Of a stretch of 50,564 bases of DNA, positions 1 through 10,363 are shown piece by piece. The notes below the pieces were generated by a model. It ran no database searches. It was not told the origin of the DNA and was given only the letters and a program-made list of their open reading frames with translations. The position numbers and the translations under genes are program-made. Position 1 is the stretch's first letter, and each line of letters begins with the position of its first letter. The stretch is from Christensenella sp. UBA5489 (lineage in GTDB: Bacteria; Bacillota; Clostridia; Christensenellales; UBA1242): contig DIPL01000013.1 of assembly GCA_002424095.1 (NCBI GenBank), forward strand, positions 15,765 through 66,328. Direction: 5' to 3'.

Positions 1-84
1 GCTTTTGCACTCCATACATAAATTAATAAAAAACAACAAAATTTTTTAATAGGTATTATTATAATACACGCAAAAAAGTTTTTC

Positions 85-113
85 TTGATATTCGGACATA
101 AATATGATATAAT
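85..113 (+). promoter_or_regulatory. sigma-A type promoter for orphan ORF 153..725
   Basis: TTGATA (85-90), 17-nt spacer, TGnTATAAT (-10 at 108-113); AGGAG RBS before ATG 153. Confidence 0.7.
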
Positions 114-152
114 AATCATAACTAGCGAATATTTAATAAATAGGAGTTAAAA

Positions 153-725
153 ATGAGTATAAATGAAGGTCTTTTAAGTAAGTTTGCACGCAAACTAAAT
201 TTAACAAGTGGGAAAAAAGTAATCGGAAATTTTAAAGAGCGTTTGGCTGAAAAGAAAATAACCACCGAAATTGACGAATACGGAAATGTTGAATATTTTT
301 TTAACGGTCAACGAATTCCTGACGGAGAATTAGGAACAAAAGAACTACACGTTATTTATCTCGAAGACGGAAATTATTATAATAAAAACAACGGTGCAAA
401 AATGGATTCTAATGCTTTAAGAAAAATTGATGATTGGATTGTTTATTGCAACGAAACAGCGACAAAATCAGGGATTGCAAGGTCTATTGGCGGAGTTGAT
501 GAGATTAATCGTGTTGAAAAAATAAATAATTTAATAAAAAGTTTGTCCGCTGTCAAAGATGAAAAAGCATACATAGAAACAAGACGTAAAATATTTCTTC
601 AAGTTTCTGATTTGGATTCAAAGCCAACAAAGGAATATGAAAAAGTGCCAACCAAAAACTCTCTTTTTACTAAAATTGGCGGAGCGGCAACGCATAAAGA
701 GCCAGATAGTGGCTTGTCGCTTTAA
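153..725 (+). CDS. hypothetical protein (orphan, C-terminal tail EPDSGLSL)
   Basis: 190-aa ORF with RBS and promoter; no recognisable family motif. Confidence 0.8.
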   Translation: MSINEGLLSKFARKLNLTSGKKVIGNFKERLAEKKITTEIDEYGNVEYFFNGQRIPDGELGTKELHVIYLEDGNYYNKNNGAKMDSNALRKIDDWIVYCNETATKSGIARSIGGVDEINRVEKINNLIKSLSAVKDEKAYIETRRKIFLQVSDLDSKPTKEYEKVPTKNSLFTKIGGAATHKEPDSGLSL

Positions 726-879
726 TTAAAACTTGTTCGCAAATTTAATTTAATTTTAACAAATCAAAAATTTTGATTTATTTTGTTTCTCAAATTAATT
801 AATAACTTCAACTACCATTAAATACTTTAATTTCTACTTTTTTAATTAGTATTCTTTGCATTTTTACAGAATACTTATT

Positions 880-1275
880 CTATAATTCAAACGAGTTTTT
901 CAATGCATGGTTTCTTGCCACTTCATCTCGAATAAATTTTATAAGACCTAAATATTTTATATTTTCGATAGGTTCAAAAGTCGTTGTTTTGTCCGTGCAA
1001 CGTTTTATGTGTGCTTGTGATTTTATTACATTCTCAATTTCACTAATTCCGTTTAATCCAACAACGCAAGCAGTTTGCAAGAAATTCATATACTCAGATT
1101 CGGTGATATATCCATAAAAATTTTTTGTAATAAACTTCGACGGAATAAATCTAATTCGATAATTCAAATAAGTTTCACGATTCGCTAATGCATTGATTTT
1201 CGCTCTTTCAAAAGAATTTGAACTCGGCATTGCACCGTGTGAGCCATTGCTTATGGTTTCAACTTTACTTTTCAA
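880..1275 (-). CDS. hypothetical protein (orphan, ends KNSFEL)
   Basis: 131-aa ORF, TTG start preceded by AAAGGA; no recognisable motif. Confidence 0.65.
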   Translation of the reverse strand: MKSKVETISNGSHGAMPSSNSFERAKINALANRETYLNYRIRFIPSKFITKNFYGYITESEYMNFLQTACVVGLNGISEIENVIKSQAHIKRCTDKTTTFEPIENIKYLGLIKFIRDEVARNHALKNSFEL

Positions 1276-1536
1276 TGTTTTTTTCCTTTGTGGTTATTTT
1301 GTTGAAAACTTAATATAGACTTTTAAAATTCCGTTAATGTCGAAAGTTCTTTAAATTGCAGAAATAGATTTTTGAAAATTTGTATTAAATTAATGCCTAT
1401 ATATAATTATATAATTAAATGGCAAAAAACTTGAAAACATTTAAGTAATATTATAGATAAAATCAAAGTTTTTAATAATTAATTGCAAAATTGTAAAATA
1501 TATATTATTATAGTCTTACATATTAAAGGAGATTTT

Positions 1537-2256
1537 ATGTTTTATTTTACTTATATATTAATGGGAATAATTTTGCTTCCCGGAATAATATACGCAGTTG
1601 TTGTTCAATCAAGAGTTTCAAATGCTTTTAAAACTTACAGCAAAGTTCCTAGCGTTAAAGGAATCACGGCGCAAGATGCTTGTAAAATGCTTTTGCAAAA
1701 TGCAGGTATAACAGATGTTGAAATTGTTCGCATAAAGGGGTATTTGACTGACCATTATAATCCAAAAACAAAGACTTTGGGGCTTTCAGAAGGCGTGTAT
1801 AATTCAACGTCAATAAGTGCTTTGGGTATTGCCGCACACGAGGCTGGGCACGCAATTCAGCACGCAGAAAACTATGCACCACTTAAAACACGAAATGTTT
1901 TAGGAACGTTGAGTAATATTTGTTCGAATATGCTTTGGCCACTGGTTATAATTGGCATTTTATTATCAGCATTTTCAAGTTCTGGAACTTCTCTTGGCGA
2001 TATTTTTCTTTGGGGAGGTGTTATATTTTTTGGCATTTCCGTTATTTTCTCAATTGCCACATTGCCTGTTGAATTTAACGCATCAAAAAGGGCACTTGCG
2101 AATTTGACCGACGGTGGAATTTTGGATACTACGGAAGTTAAGGGAGCAAAGGTTGTTTTAAGTGCCGCTGCACAAACATATGTTGCCGCACTTGTCGTTT
2201 CAATTTTATCCTTTCTCCGTTTTATTTTAGCAATCTTTATAAGCAGAAATGATTGA
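1537..2256 (+). CDS. membrane zinc metallopeptidase, YugP / Zn_peptidase_2 family
   Basis: LTDHYNP, AAHEAGHAIQH (HExxH), TLPVEFNASKRA motifs; start moved to ATG 1537 behind AAGGAG. Confidence 0.9.
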   Translation: MFYFTYILMGIILLPGIIYAVVVQSRVSNAFKTYSKVPSVKGITAQDACKMLLQNAGITDVEIVRIKGYLTDHYNPKTKTLGLSEGVYNSTSISALGIAAHEAGHAIQHAENYAPLKTRNVLGTLSNICSNMLWPLVIIGILLSAFSSSGTSLGDIFLWGGVIFFGISVIFSIATLPVEFNASKRALANLTDGGILDTTEVKGAKVVLSAAAQTYVAALVVSILSFLRFILAIFISRND

Positions 2257-2628
2257 GTTTTCTATATTTTTGTAACATATTTTTTATATTTTGCGACACA
2301 CTTTATGGAATTAATTTTCGTTTGAAATATAAAAGTCTTTATTACACTTATTTTAGATTTAAAAAGGAAACAAAAAAGACAGGGATTAACTTGTCTTAAA
2401 TTATTAAGTTCAATTTATTAATCTTTGTTGTTTTTATTTTTTGCTTTTGCCAACAGTGATACATATTGTCTATACAATTTGTTTTCTTCACAATCATCGT
2501 TAAGCACATTCTTGTCTAGTTTATTACACTTTTCTAGTTTTGTATTGGCTGTTCATAACTTCTGGATGACCCCATTCTTGTTGATATCTTTCTATTTATT
2601 CTTTTTCAGTATTTATAAATCTTTTCTT

Positions 2629-2970
2629 TTATAATAATATTACAGTAATTCCGGGATTATTTCTATTAAAATCTTCATCCATTGTCCAATCGGGATTGGA
2701 ATATATAAATTTCCCAACCTTGTCATTTTGAAAAGTCCATTGACTTCCGTCTATAATTTCACAAATTTTATTTTGGCTTTTAAGCCTGTTTAAAAACCTT
2801 TTGACCGCTATGCAAATTGCTCCACCTGAACCGTGCGAGCCATAGCCGTGAATTATTTTTATTGCACGGCAGTTAAACTTTTTCGCTATTTCAATTTCGG
2901 TTTCTAAATTGGCGAGTGCAATATCCACCGTCGGCATATGTTCTTTTAAATTTAAAATTTGTAAACTCAT
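2629..2970 (-). CDS. Smr domain protein (stand-alone MutS2 C-terminal-like nuclease domain)
   Basis: IKIIHGYGSHGSGG and NPGITVI motifs typical of Smr domains. Confidence 0.85.
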   Translation of the reverse strand: MSLQILNLKEHMPTVDIALANLETEIEIAKKFNCRAIKIIHGYGSHGSGGAICIAVKRFLNRLKSQNKICEIIDGSQWTFQNDKVGKFIYSNPDWTMDEDFNRNNPGITVILL

Positions 2971-2976
2971 AAAAAT

Positions 2977-3005
2977 ATTATGACATAAAATTCTAATTTT
3001 GTAAA
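2977..3005 (-). promoter_or_regulatory. sigma-A promoter giving a probably leaderless Smr transcript
   Basis: minus strand TTTACA-17nt-CATAAT with TG extension, 6 nt before ATG 2970; no SD. Confidence 0.55.
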
Positions 3006-3081
3006 CTTTTAGTTTTTTATTTCCTAAATCTTGATATACTTATAAAGTAAAAGTAAATGATATTAAAAAAAGGATTAAAAT

Positions 3082-3713
3082 ATGAGAGGATTATTATATT
3101 TTGCACAAAATCCTGCATTCCAGCACTTAATCAAAATTGGGAAAACAATAAAGTTAGATGTTGAAGACCGAGGACTAACTGGAAGTAATGTCCCAGAAGA
3201 CTTTGATTATTTAGCTGTTTTGGAATGCGAAGATGTTGATTGGGCAGAAAAAAAAGTTCATGAACAGTTTAATGGATTTAGACATTATTCAACAAAAGGC
3301 AGAAGGACTGAGTTTTTTGGGACTGGATGTATCAAGGCTGCAATAAAATATGCTCTTGATTTAAAGGGCGTTTATGATGCGACAAAGGATGAAACAGAAG
3401 AAGTGGAAGTGGTTTCAGAAATGGCGAAAAACAAAAACAACGCACTCCACAAACAACTTTTGAAATGATTGGTTTGCCAGTTGGCTCTGAAATCTATTTT
3501 AGGAATGATCAAAACTTTACAGCAAGAACAACAGATAACAAAAATCAAGTTGAGTATAATGGACAAACTTTTGCAATATCTGCACTTGCAATAAAACTTT
3601 ATAAGGAGCAGGTAAATAAAAAACAACGAACATTAAATGGTTATCTTTATTTTTATTATGATAACAAAAGACCTTGGGATTTAAGGCCTGACCAACAAAT
3701 AGAAATTCAATGA
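3082..3713 (+). pseudogene. GIY-YIG family T5orf172/MUG113 domain protein split into two ORFs (3082..3468 and 3465..3713)
   Basis: LYFAQNPAF..IKIGKT, NVPEDF, AEKKVH, TEFF motifs; the -1 frame reads NGEKQKQRTPQTTFE directly into MIGLPVGSEIYF, consistent with a 1-nt loss near 3419-3421. Confidence 0.7.
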
Positions 3714-3912
3714 TTAAACTGTCTATGCCTTATTATGTAGATTTAGGCAGATGAGTTTGTTAATCAAACCTAATTATAAATTTTTCAAATTGACTTTTTT
3801 GATTTCTTTAAAATTTTCAAACTCTAATTTTCTTAAATTTTAATTTTTATTTTAAATAACCACTGAAAAAATCATTTTAAACTGCTTTTTCATATCATTT
3901 TTAAAGAATATC

Positions 3913-3941
3913 TTGAAAAAACTTTAATTTAATTATATAAT
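3913..3941 (+). promoter_or_regulatory. sigma-A promoter giving a probably leaderless uvrC transcript
   Basis: TTGAAA-17nt-TATAAT, 6 nt before ATG 3948; no SD. Confidence 0.6.
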
Positions 3942-3947
3942 TTCAAT

Positions 3948-5993
3948 ATGAGTGCAAATTTAATAAATGAAAATTTAAATACAAAACTTTCAAACCTACC
4001 GTCCAGCAGTGGCGTTTATTTAATGCGAGACAAAGAAGGAAATGTTATTTATATAGGCAAGGCAAAAAATTTAAAAAAAAGAGTTAGTCAATATTTTAAA
4101 AATAAACATTTAAATAAAAATGAATATGCTTTTAAAACAAAAACAATGATAGATAAAGTTTTTGATTTTGATTATTTTATTACACTTAGCGAACTCGATG
4201 CACTTGCACTTGAAAGTAATTTAATAAAAAAGCATCAGCCGTTTTATAATATTCTTTTAAAAGACGGCAAAGCTTTTCCATATATAAAGATAAATCTAAA
4301 CGAACCGTTTCCGAAACTTGAAATTGTACGAAAAATAAAAAATGACGGAGCAAAATATTTTGGTCCTTATTTCGGCGGAGTTAGTGCAAATGAAATTGTA
4401 AATATTATTCATTCTGCTTTTAAAATAAGAAATTGTAACATTAAAATAAAAATGCAAAACGATGAAAAAACACCACAAAACAATAAAAAAACGCAAAAAA
4501 ACAATGAAAAACAGCAAAAAAAACCGCAACGTGAGTGCTTAAACTATATGCTCGGATTATGCCCTGCACCTTGCACGAATAAAATTTCGGTCGAGAATTA
4601 TCGAAAAATAATAGATAAAGTCATTGATTTTTTAAACGGAAATGATACCTTAACTGAAAAAATTTTAACAGAAAAAATGATGTTAGAGGCGGAGAAGGAA
4701 AACTTTGAAAAGGCACTGGAATTACGAAACAGGATAAAAATTGTGCAACGATTGAAAGAAAAGGTTATTGCACAAGTTCCGCTTAATAAGTCAATTGATG
4801 TCTTTGCTTATGAAACGAATAATTTGTCAAGCGCTATCAGTTTTTTGGTTGTGCGTGGTGGGAAAATTTTGGGATTGCAAACAATTTCGACAATTGATGC
4901 GTCGCCCGCAGAGAGTGAAACTTTATCATCTTTTATAAACCAATATTATGAAAATGCTGCTTTGCCTGAGATTATTTTATTAAGTCATAAACCTGAAAAT
5001 ATAACTGAATTAAAGGAGCATTTATTAAATAAAAAATTTGGCGGTATTAATAATTTTTTTAAAAACAATCGCAAAAATTCAAATTTAATTGAAAATAGTA
5101 GCATTAATTCAAAAAATGAAAATCAATCAAAAAAAGAAAGTAATATTTTAAAATCTAAAAAACAAAAACTTGAAATTAGTGCGGGGCGAAAAAATTATGA
5201 AAAAATGCTTTTAAAAATGGCATCGACTAATGCAAAAGAGCACTTGGAGAAATCTCTTACACGAGAAAAATCTAAATTTAATAATACAATTGGGGCAATT
5301 CAAAATCTTAAAAAAATACTAAATTTGAAAAAAACGCCAAAACGGATTGAGTGTTATGATATTTCGAATACGCAAGGAACGAACAGCGTCGCTTCAATGG
5401 CTGTTTTTATCAATGGGGAAAAGACATCAAAGCATTATAGAAAATTTAAAATAAAAACCGTTGATGGTGCAAATGACTTTGAAAGCTTGAAAGAAGTGAT
5501 AAGTCGAAGGCTTGCTGAACTCGAAAAAGACGAAGATGAAAGTTTTGCACAAAAACCTGATTTAATTGTTATTGATGGCGGAAAAGGGCAGCTGTCTGCG
5601 ACTTTTGAAATTTTGCAACCATTTAATGATAAGCATAATATTGAGATTGAAATAATTTCAATTGCGGAAAAGTTCGAAGAAGTTTTTAAACCAAATGAAT
5701 CAAATCCTTATATATTAAAATTTGGCAGTGTCGAACTTCGAATTCTTCAAAATATTAGAGATGAAGCACATCGTTTCGCCAACACTTTTCACAGAAATTT
5801 AAGACAAAAGAAAAGTTTGGAAAGTCCGCTGGAAAAAATAAAAGGCATTGGCAAAGTTAAAAGAAAGGCACTCATAAAACAATTTAAAACAATTGAAGCA
5901 ATTAAAAATGCTTCAATTTCTGAACTCACTTCAATTAATGGAATAAATGAAAATCTAGCACAAAAAATTAAAAATTTTTTTAAAGAAAATTAA
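3948..5993 (+). CDS. uvrC: excinuclease ABC subunit C
   Basis: GVYLM..YIGKAKNLKKRV GIY-YIG domain, RIECYDISN, PDLIVIDGGKGQL, RDEAHRFA, C-terminal HhH. Confidence 0.97.
   Translation: MSANLINENLNTKLSNLPSSSGVYLMRDKEGNVIYIGKAKNLKKRVSQYFKNKHLNKNEYAFKTKTMIDKVFDFDYFITLSELDALALESNLIKKHQPFYNILLKDGKAFPYIKINLNEPFPKLEIVRKIKNDGAKYFGPYFGGVSANEIVNIIHSAFKIRNCNIKIKMQNDEKTPQNNKKTQKNNEKQQKKPQRECLNYMLGLCPAPCTNKISVENYRKIIDKVIDFLNGNDTLTEKILTEKMMLEAEKENFEKALELRNRIKIVQRLKEKVIAQVPLNKSIDVFAYETNNLSSAISFLVVRGGKILGLQTISTIDASPAESETLSSFINQYYENAALPEIILLSHKPENITELKEHLLNKKFGGINNFFKNNRKNSNLIENSSINSKNENQSKKESNILKSKKQKLEISAGRKNYEKMLLKMASTNAKEHLEKSLTREKSKFNNTIGAIQNLKKILNLKKTPKRIECYDISNTQGTNSVASMAVFINGEKTSKHYRKFKIKTVDGANDFESLKEVISRRLAELEKDEDESFAQKPDLIVIDGGKGQLSATFEILQPFNDKHNIEIEIISIAEKFEEVFKPNESNPYILKFGSVELRILQNIRDEAHRFANTFHRNLRQKKSLESPLEKIKGIGKVKRKALIKQFKTIEAIKNASISELTSINGINENLAQKIKNFFKEN
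4458..4520 (+). repeat. imperfect 21-nt tandem repeat x3 inside uvrC
   Basis: encodes NDEKTPQ / NNKKTQK / NNEKQQK between the Cys residues of the N-terminal region. Confidence 0.65.
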
Positions 5994-6046
5994 AAAGAAA
6001 CTAAAATTTTTTAATTTATTTACACTACTTGCGAAAATATTGAATA

Positions 6047-6075
6047 TTGACAAAATCTTTAAAACTATGTATACT
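6047..6075 (+). promoter_or_regulatory. sigma-A promoter
   Basis: TTGACA-17nt-TATACT. Confidence 0.7.
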
Positions 6076-6180
6076 AAAAGGGATTAAAGTTAAATAAAAA
6101 ATTTAAATTTCTAAGAAAAAATTCAACGAATTTAAATTTTTGAGATAAGTTTCACTAAAAATAATTTACACGGAGAAAAA

Positions 6181-6414
6181 ATGAATAAAAAGACATTTAT
6201 TAATGCACTTCTTGTGTTCGCACTTGTCGTGGCAAGCGTGATTTGCATTTTATCAATCGGAGTTTTAGCTGATGGCGAATACAGCATTTTCGGCTATGCT
6301 CTTACTGAAACAAGTTTAACAGTTTTAATTACTGCATCAATGCTTATAGCAATGCTAGCAACATCAGGCTTGATTTATTATTCAAAGAAAAACAATTCAG
6401 GTAATCAAAAATAA
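6181..6414 (+). CDS. small membrane protein (2 predicted TM segments)
   Basis: 77 aa, GGAG RBS, two hydrophobic stretches, basic N- and C-termini. Confidence 0.75.
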   Translation: MNKKTFINALLVFALVVASVICILSIGVLADGEYSIFGYALTETSLTVLITASMLIAMLATSGLIYYSKKNNSGNQK

Positions 6415-6570
6415 CTTTAATTGTTCGATGAAGTCCTTGGAATGCTCAAAATTTTTTAATTATTATAATTTCTAGAAACATAAAAACGAATTTTGTTATA
6501 TAAAATTTTGAAAACTTTATTCGACAAAATCCTTCAAATAAAATTAAAATGAAATAAAATTCTAAAACAT

Positions 6571-6599
6571 TTGACATAGTGTCTGGTGTTTTATATAAT
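6571..6599 (+). promoter_or_regulatory. consensus sigma-A promoter of gmk
   Basis: TTGACA-17nt-TATAAT exact consensus. Confidence 0.8.
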
Positions 6600-6616
6600 T
6601 TCTTAAAGAGGTTTAA

Positions 6617-7195
6617 ATGCTTATAATCATATCGGGATTTTCTGGCTCAGGCAAAAATACTGTTATAAATGAATTGATTAAAAGAAACGAAAATCTTTCA
6701 TTTTTAAAAAGTTGCACGACAAGAAAAAAGCGACCTAACGAAAACAAAGATGCCTATATTTTTCTTTGCAAAAAAACTTTTGATAAAATGCTTGAAAAGG
6801 GTGATATAAGCGAATATGAAGAAATTCATCAAAATTTTTATGGAATTGCTAAAAGTTCTCTTGATGAAGTTGTTTCGTGCGATAAAGAAAAAAAACATTT
6901 TATTAAAGACGTCGGAGTTTTAGGGCAAATAAGCCTTACACGCATTTTAAAAGACAAAGTCAAAACATTATCGATTTTTTTAACTGCACCGAAAAAAGAA
7001 CTCATAAAACGGTTGACATTAAGAGGTGAGCCAGATATTGACTTGCGACTTTCTCGAATGGAATTTGAAGAGAACTATAAAGGAAATTTTGATATAGTAA
7101 TCAATAATGCAAATTTGAATAAAACTATAAAAATAATTGAAAAATTAATAAAAAAGAATGAAGTTATAGAAAATACTATTAAAAAATCTAAATAA
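6617..7195 (+). CDS. gmk: guanylate kinase
   Basis: P-loop SGFSGSGKNT, SCTTRKKRPNE..Y.F, EYEEIHQNFYG, LIKRLTLRG. Confidence 0.88.
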   Translation: MLIIISGFSGSGKNTVINELIKRNENLSFLKSCTTRKKRPNENKDAYIFLCKKTFDKMLEKGDISEYEEIHQNFYGIAKSSLDEVVSCDKEKKHFIKDVGVLGQISLTRILKDKVKTLSIFLTAPKKELIKRLTLRGEPDIDLRLSRMEFEENYKGNFDIVINNANLNKTIKIIEKLIKKNEVIENTIKKSK

Positions 7196-7320
7196 TCAAC
7201 AAAAAAAAGAAATATAAAAATAATTAATTAATTAAATTTAAAATACGTTATAAATTTACTTTTAAATTTTAATAATTTATAAAAAATCTAGATATAATAT
7301 AAAATAAGGGGGATTGTATT

Positions 7321-7917
7321 ATGTTACCACAATTGTCATTTGTTAGTGTGCTTGGAATTTTTATTATTGTTTTTGTCGCTTTGCTTTTTATTGTCCTGCC
7401 AATTTGGCTTATTTCGGCTTATAACGCATTTGTAAAATTACGTAATAATGTCGAAGAAGGTTTTTCCACAATGGACATATATATGAAAAAAAGATATGAC
7501 CTTATTCCGAATTATGTGGAAACTGTCAAGGGCTATGCAAAGCACGAGAAAGAAACACTTGAAAAGGTTATGAAAGCACGTTATTCCGCAATGAATTCGG
7601 CAACAACTGAGCAAAAACTTGAAAATGAAAACATTTTGCAAGGTGCACTTAAAAGTTTGTTTGCAGTTGCTGAAAACTATCCGGATTTAAAGGCAAATCA
7701 GAATTTTATCGACCTTCAAAAAACGTTGAAAGAACTTGAAGTTGAAATTGCAAATTCAAGAAAGTATTACAACGGTGTTGTTAAAATTTATAACACAAAG
7801 CGAGAGAGTTTTCCATCTAATTTAATTGCAGGAATGTTCAATTTCAGCAAAAAACCATTGTTTGAAATTGAGTCGGCGGAAGAACGCAAAAATGTTAAAG
7901 TTGATTTTAATAAATAA
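7321..7917 (+). CDS. lemA: LemA family protein
   Basis: N-terminal TM, KKRYDLIPN.VETVKGYAKHE, AENYPDLKANQNF, FPSNLIA. Confidence 0.95.
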   Translation: MLPQLSFVSVLGIFIIVFVALLFIVLPIWLISAYNAFVKLRNNVEEGFSTMDIYMKKRYDLIPNYVETVKGYAKHEKETLEKVMKARYSAMNSATTEQKLENENILQGALKSLFAVAENYPDLKANQNFIDLQKTLKELEVEIANSRKYYNGVVKIYNTKRESFPSNLIAGMFNFSKKPLFEIESAEERKNVKVDFNK

Positions 7918-8026
7918 GTTTTTTTGAATTTAAGAATTTCTATTATTTTTAAATTAATCTAACAAATTAAATAAAATTTATGATAAATCATAAATAAATA
8001 TTTTAACTTTTAATTTCAAGGTTGTA

Positions 8027-10165
8027 ATGTTTAAATCTAAAAATTTTATTTTTATATCCATAATATTACTATGTTTAGTGATAGGATTTTTTATAAATTT
8101 TATTCCTTCACTTTTTTCTTATGAAGCACAACTTGAAGATAAAAGTCACGAATATAAAATAACATCTTTCGACGTGGAAATTGATGTTTCAAAAGACAAT
8201 GTTTTGACTATAACTGAAAGCATTGACGTAGATTTTAATGTAAGCAGTCAAGGAATTTTCAGAATGTTGCCTGAAACAAATACAGTTAGTTTTTTTGATA
8301 AAAACAATCAACTTGTCAGCAAAAATTATAGAGTCAAATATAATGTTTTAGAAACAAATGAAACATTTCTTGTTGAATCCTATGACGGCTTTTTTGTGAT
8401 AGTCTTAGGCGAGCGGGGAACTTTTTTAAATGGAGCGAATAATTATCAAATTAAATATACGGCATCGTTAGGCAACGACCGCATAGCAGAACTCGACCAT
8501 TTTTATTATAATGTTATTGGACAATATTGGAATACGACAATCGAAAACATATCAGTTAACATAAATTTTCCTGAAAAAGTTGTTGGCGAATCAGATGATG
8601 AGACCGCCGAAATAAATGCACGTACGGGAGTTTATGTTGGCGAATATGGTTCAACTGAAACTATTGATTTTTCGTGGAACGCCGAGGGGACACAACTTTC
8701 TTTCACATACGAAGCATTGAACGTTGGAGAAGGAATTACTGCACGAGTTGCTCTTGATGAGGGATATTTTCAAGTGCCGTTCGACAACTGGTTAAATGTG
8801 ATTAACTTAATTTTAATCGTTACTTTTGCCGTGCTTGCATTATATTTATATAAAAAGTATTCTAATCCGAAAATGGTTGTACCTGTGGTTCAGTTCAGTG
8901 CGAATGAAAAATATACCCCTGCTGATGTTGGCTATATTATGGATAGAAAAGTTGATAATAAAGATATTGCTTCGCTTATAATTTATTGGGCACAAAAAGG
9001 CTATATTGAAATTGTTGAAAAAGATAAATCAACATTTTTAAGGAAACTAAAAAATCCAGATGACGCTGATTTAAAAATTTACGAGAAAACATTTTTTAAT
9101 GCAATTTTTAAAAATAAATATGAAAATATCAATGATATTATTAAAAATACAGAAAATAAAGAAACAAGTGATTTAAAAATGTCTAATCGCATTAGCGAAA
9201 AACAAGATGACAAGAACAACGAAACAAACACAACAAAGAACAACGAAAAAAACATTGAAAAAAGCAAAAATAAAGATAATTCGCTTTTGGAAATCAATGA
9301 AATCGGCAAAAACATTGTAACTGATATTGCAGAAATTAAAACAGATATTGAAAACTTAAACAAACCGTTGTTTAATGCAAAAGCCGTAGCAGCAAGATTT
9401 GCTATTATATTTATAATGGGCATTTTGGTTGCGTTGATTGGCGGAGTAATCAGTTATCAAAAAGTTATTATTTCTGATATTATTATTTCTGTGCTTTCAG
9501 GAATTTTGGTTACGGTTGCACTCTTATTTATTGCAAAAAATAAAGATACAAACCATTTTATTTCAAAGTGGGGGAAAATTATTTTTGCCTTTAACTTGCT
9601 TATTGCTTTTACTTCCGTTTCTGCATTTTTTATATTAATTTTCGAGCCTTATTTTGATTTTCTGCTTACCAGTATTTTAGTTATGATTGAAGTTGTTTTT
9701 ATTGGTTATTTAGTTTTTAAATTTAATGTAAGAACGGATGAGGGCCTCGAAGAATTAGGAGATATTGTTGGGCTCAAAAATTTTATTGAAGTGGCGGAGA
9801 AAGACCGCCTTGAAATGCTCGTGCAGGAAAATCCAAGTGCCTTTTATGTGATTTTGCCGTATGCTTATGTTTTAGGTGTATATGAAAAATGGTGTAAGAA
9901 ATTTGAAAAAATCACAATTGATGCGCCGCAATGGTATGTTGGCAGTGGCGATATAGATTTATTTAACACAATGATATTTATACATGTTTTGAATAACAGT
10001 TGCAATCAACTCTTGCATAGTATTGATGCCGCAAAAATTGCAAACTTAGCACAAGGAGCAAAGAGTCTTACTGATGGCACAGGTGGTTTCGGCGGTGGTT
10101 TTGGTGGTTTCGGTGGTGGTTTTGCTGGTGGCGGTTTCGGTGGCGGTGGTGGCGGTCGCTGGTAG
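8027..10165 (+). CDS. DUF2207 domain membrane protein
   Basis: follows lemA; LPYAYVLG motif, several TMs, Gly/Phe-rich tail ending GGGGGRW. Confidence 0.88.
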   Translation: MFKSKNFIFISIILLCLVIGFFINFIPSLFSYEAQLEDKSHEYKITSFDVEIDVSKDNVLTITESIDVDFNVSSQGIFRMLPETNTVSFFDKNNQLVSKNYRVKYNVLETNETFLVESYDGFFVIVLGERGTFLNGANNYQIKYTASLGNDRIAELDHFYYNVIGQYWNTTIENISVNINFPEKVVGESDDETAEINARTGVYVGEYGSTETIDFSWNAEGTQLSFTYEALNVGEGITARVALDEGYFQVPFDNWLNVINLILIVTFAVLALYLYKKYSNPKMVVPVVQFSANEKYTPADVGYIMDRKVDNKDIASLIIYWAQKGYIEIVEKDKSTFLRKLKNPDDADLKIYEKTFFNAIFKNKYENINDIIKNTENKETSDLKMSNRISEKQDDKNNETNTTKNNEKNIEKSKNKDNSLLEINEIGKNIVTDIAEIKTDIENLNKPLFNAKAVAARFAIIFIMGILVALIGGVISYQKVIISDIIISVLSGILVTVALLFIAKNKDTNHFISKWGKIIFAFNLLIAFTSVSAFFILIFEPYFDFLLTSILVMIEVVFIGYLVFKFNVRTDEGLEELGDIVGLKNFIEVAEKDRLEMLVQENPSAFYVILPYAYVLGVYEKWCKKFEKITIDAPQWYVGSGDIDLFNTMIFIHVLNNSCNQLLHSIDAAKIANLAQGAKSLTDGTGGFGGGFGGFGGGFAGGGFGGGGGGRW
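9212..9259 (+). repeat. 24-nt imperfect tandem duplication inside DUF2207 gene
   Basis: AAGAACAACGAAACAAACACAACA / AAGAACAACGAAAAAAACATTGAA (KNNETNTT / KNNEKNIE). Confidence 0.65.
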
Positions 10166-10266
10166 TCGATTAAAACTCTACCTTTTATAGAATTTTAAAG
10201 AAGTAAAAAAATTCAAGAAAAAACGAAAACAGAAAATTTAAAAGAAACATTGAAAAAAATATTATA

Positions 10267-10298
10267 AAAAAAATACTTTATTTATTAAGTATTTTTTT
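10267..10298. terminator. AT-rich bidirectional hairpin between convergent DUF2207 and metG
   Basis: AAAAAAATACTT ... AAGTATTTTTTT inverted repeat. Confidence 0.45.
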
Positions 10299-10363
10299 AT
10301 TTTAAATAAAATGAAAATCAAAATTGCAAGTGTGAAAATTTCTTTCATTGTTAAAATATTATA

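Noticed and set aside
1-19. Possible start of a minus-strand gene running off the left edge
   Set aside because: Only 5-6 codons visible and two candidate ATGs in different frames; cannot be supported.
2425-2634. 69-aa plus-strand ORF, and similar ORFs 12108..12359, 22108..22314, 22467..22667
   Set aside because: Phe/Ile/Leu-rich translations of AT-rich intergenic DNA with no RBS.
3714-3947. LexA/SOS box upstream of uvrC
   Set aside because: No GAAC-N4-GTTC match found by eye.
10082-10158. GGT/GGC-rich repetitive tract
   Set aside because: Encodes the normal Gly-rich C-terminus of DUF2207 proteins.
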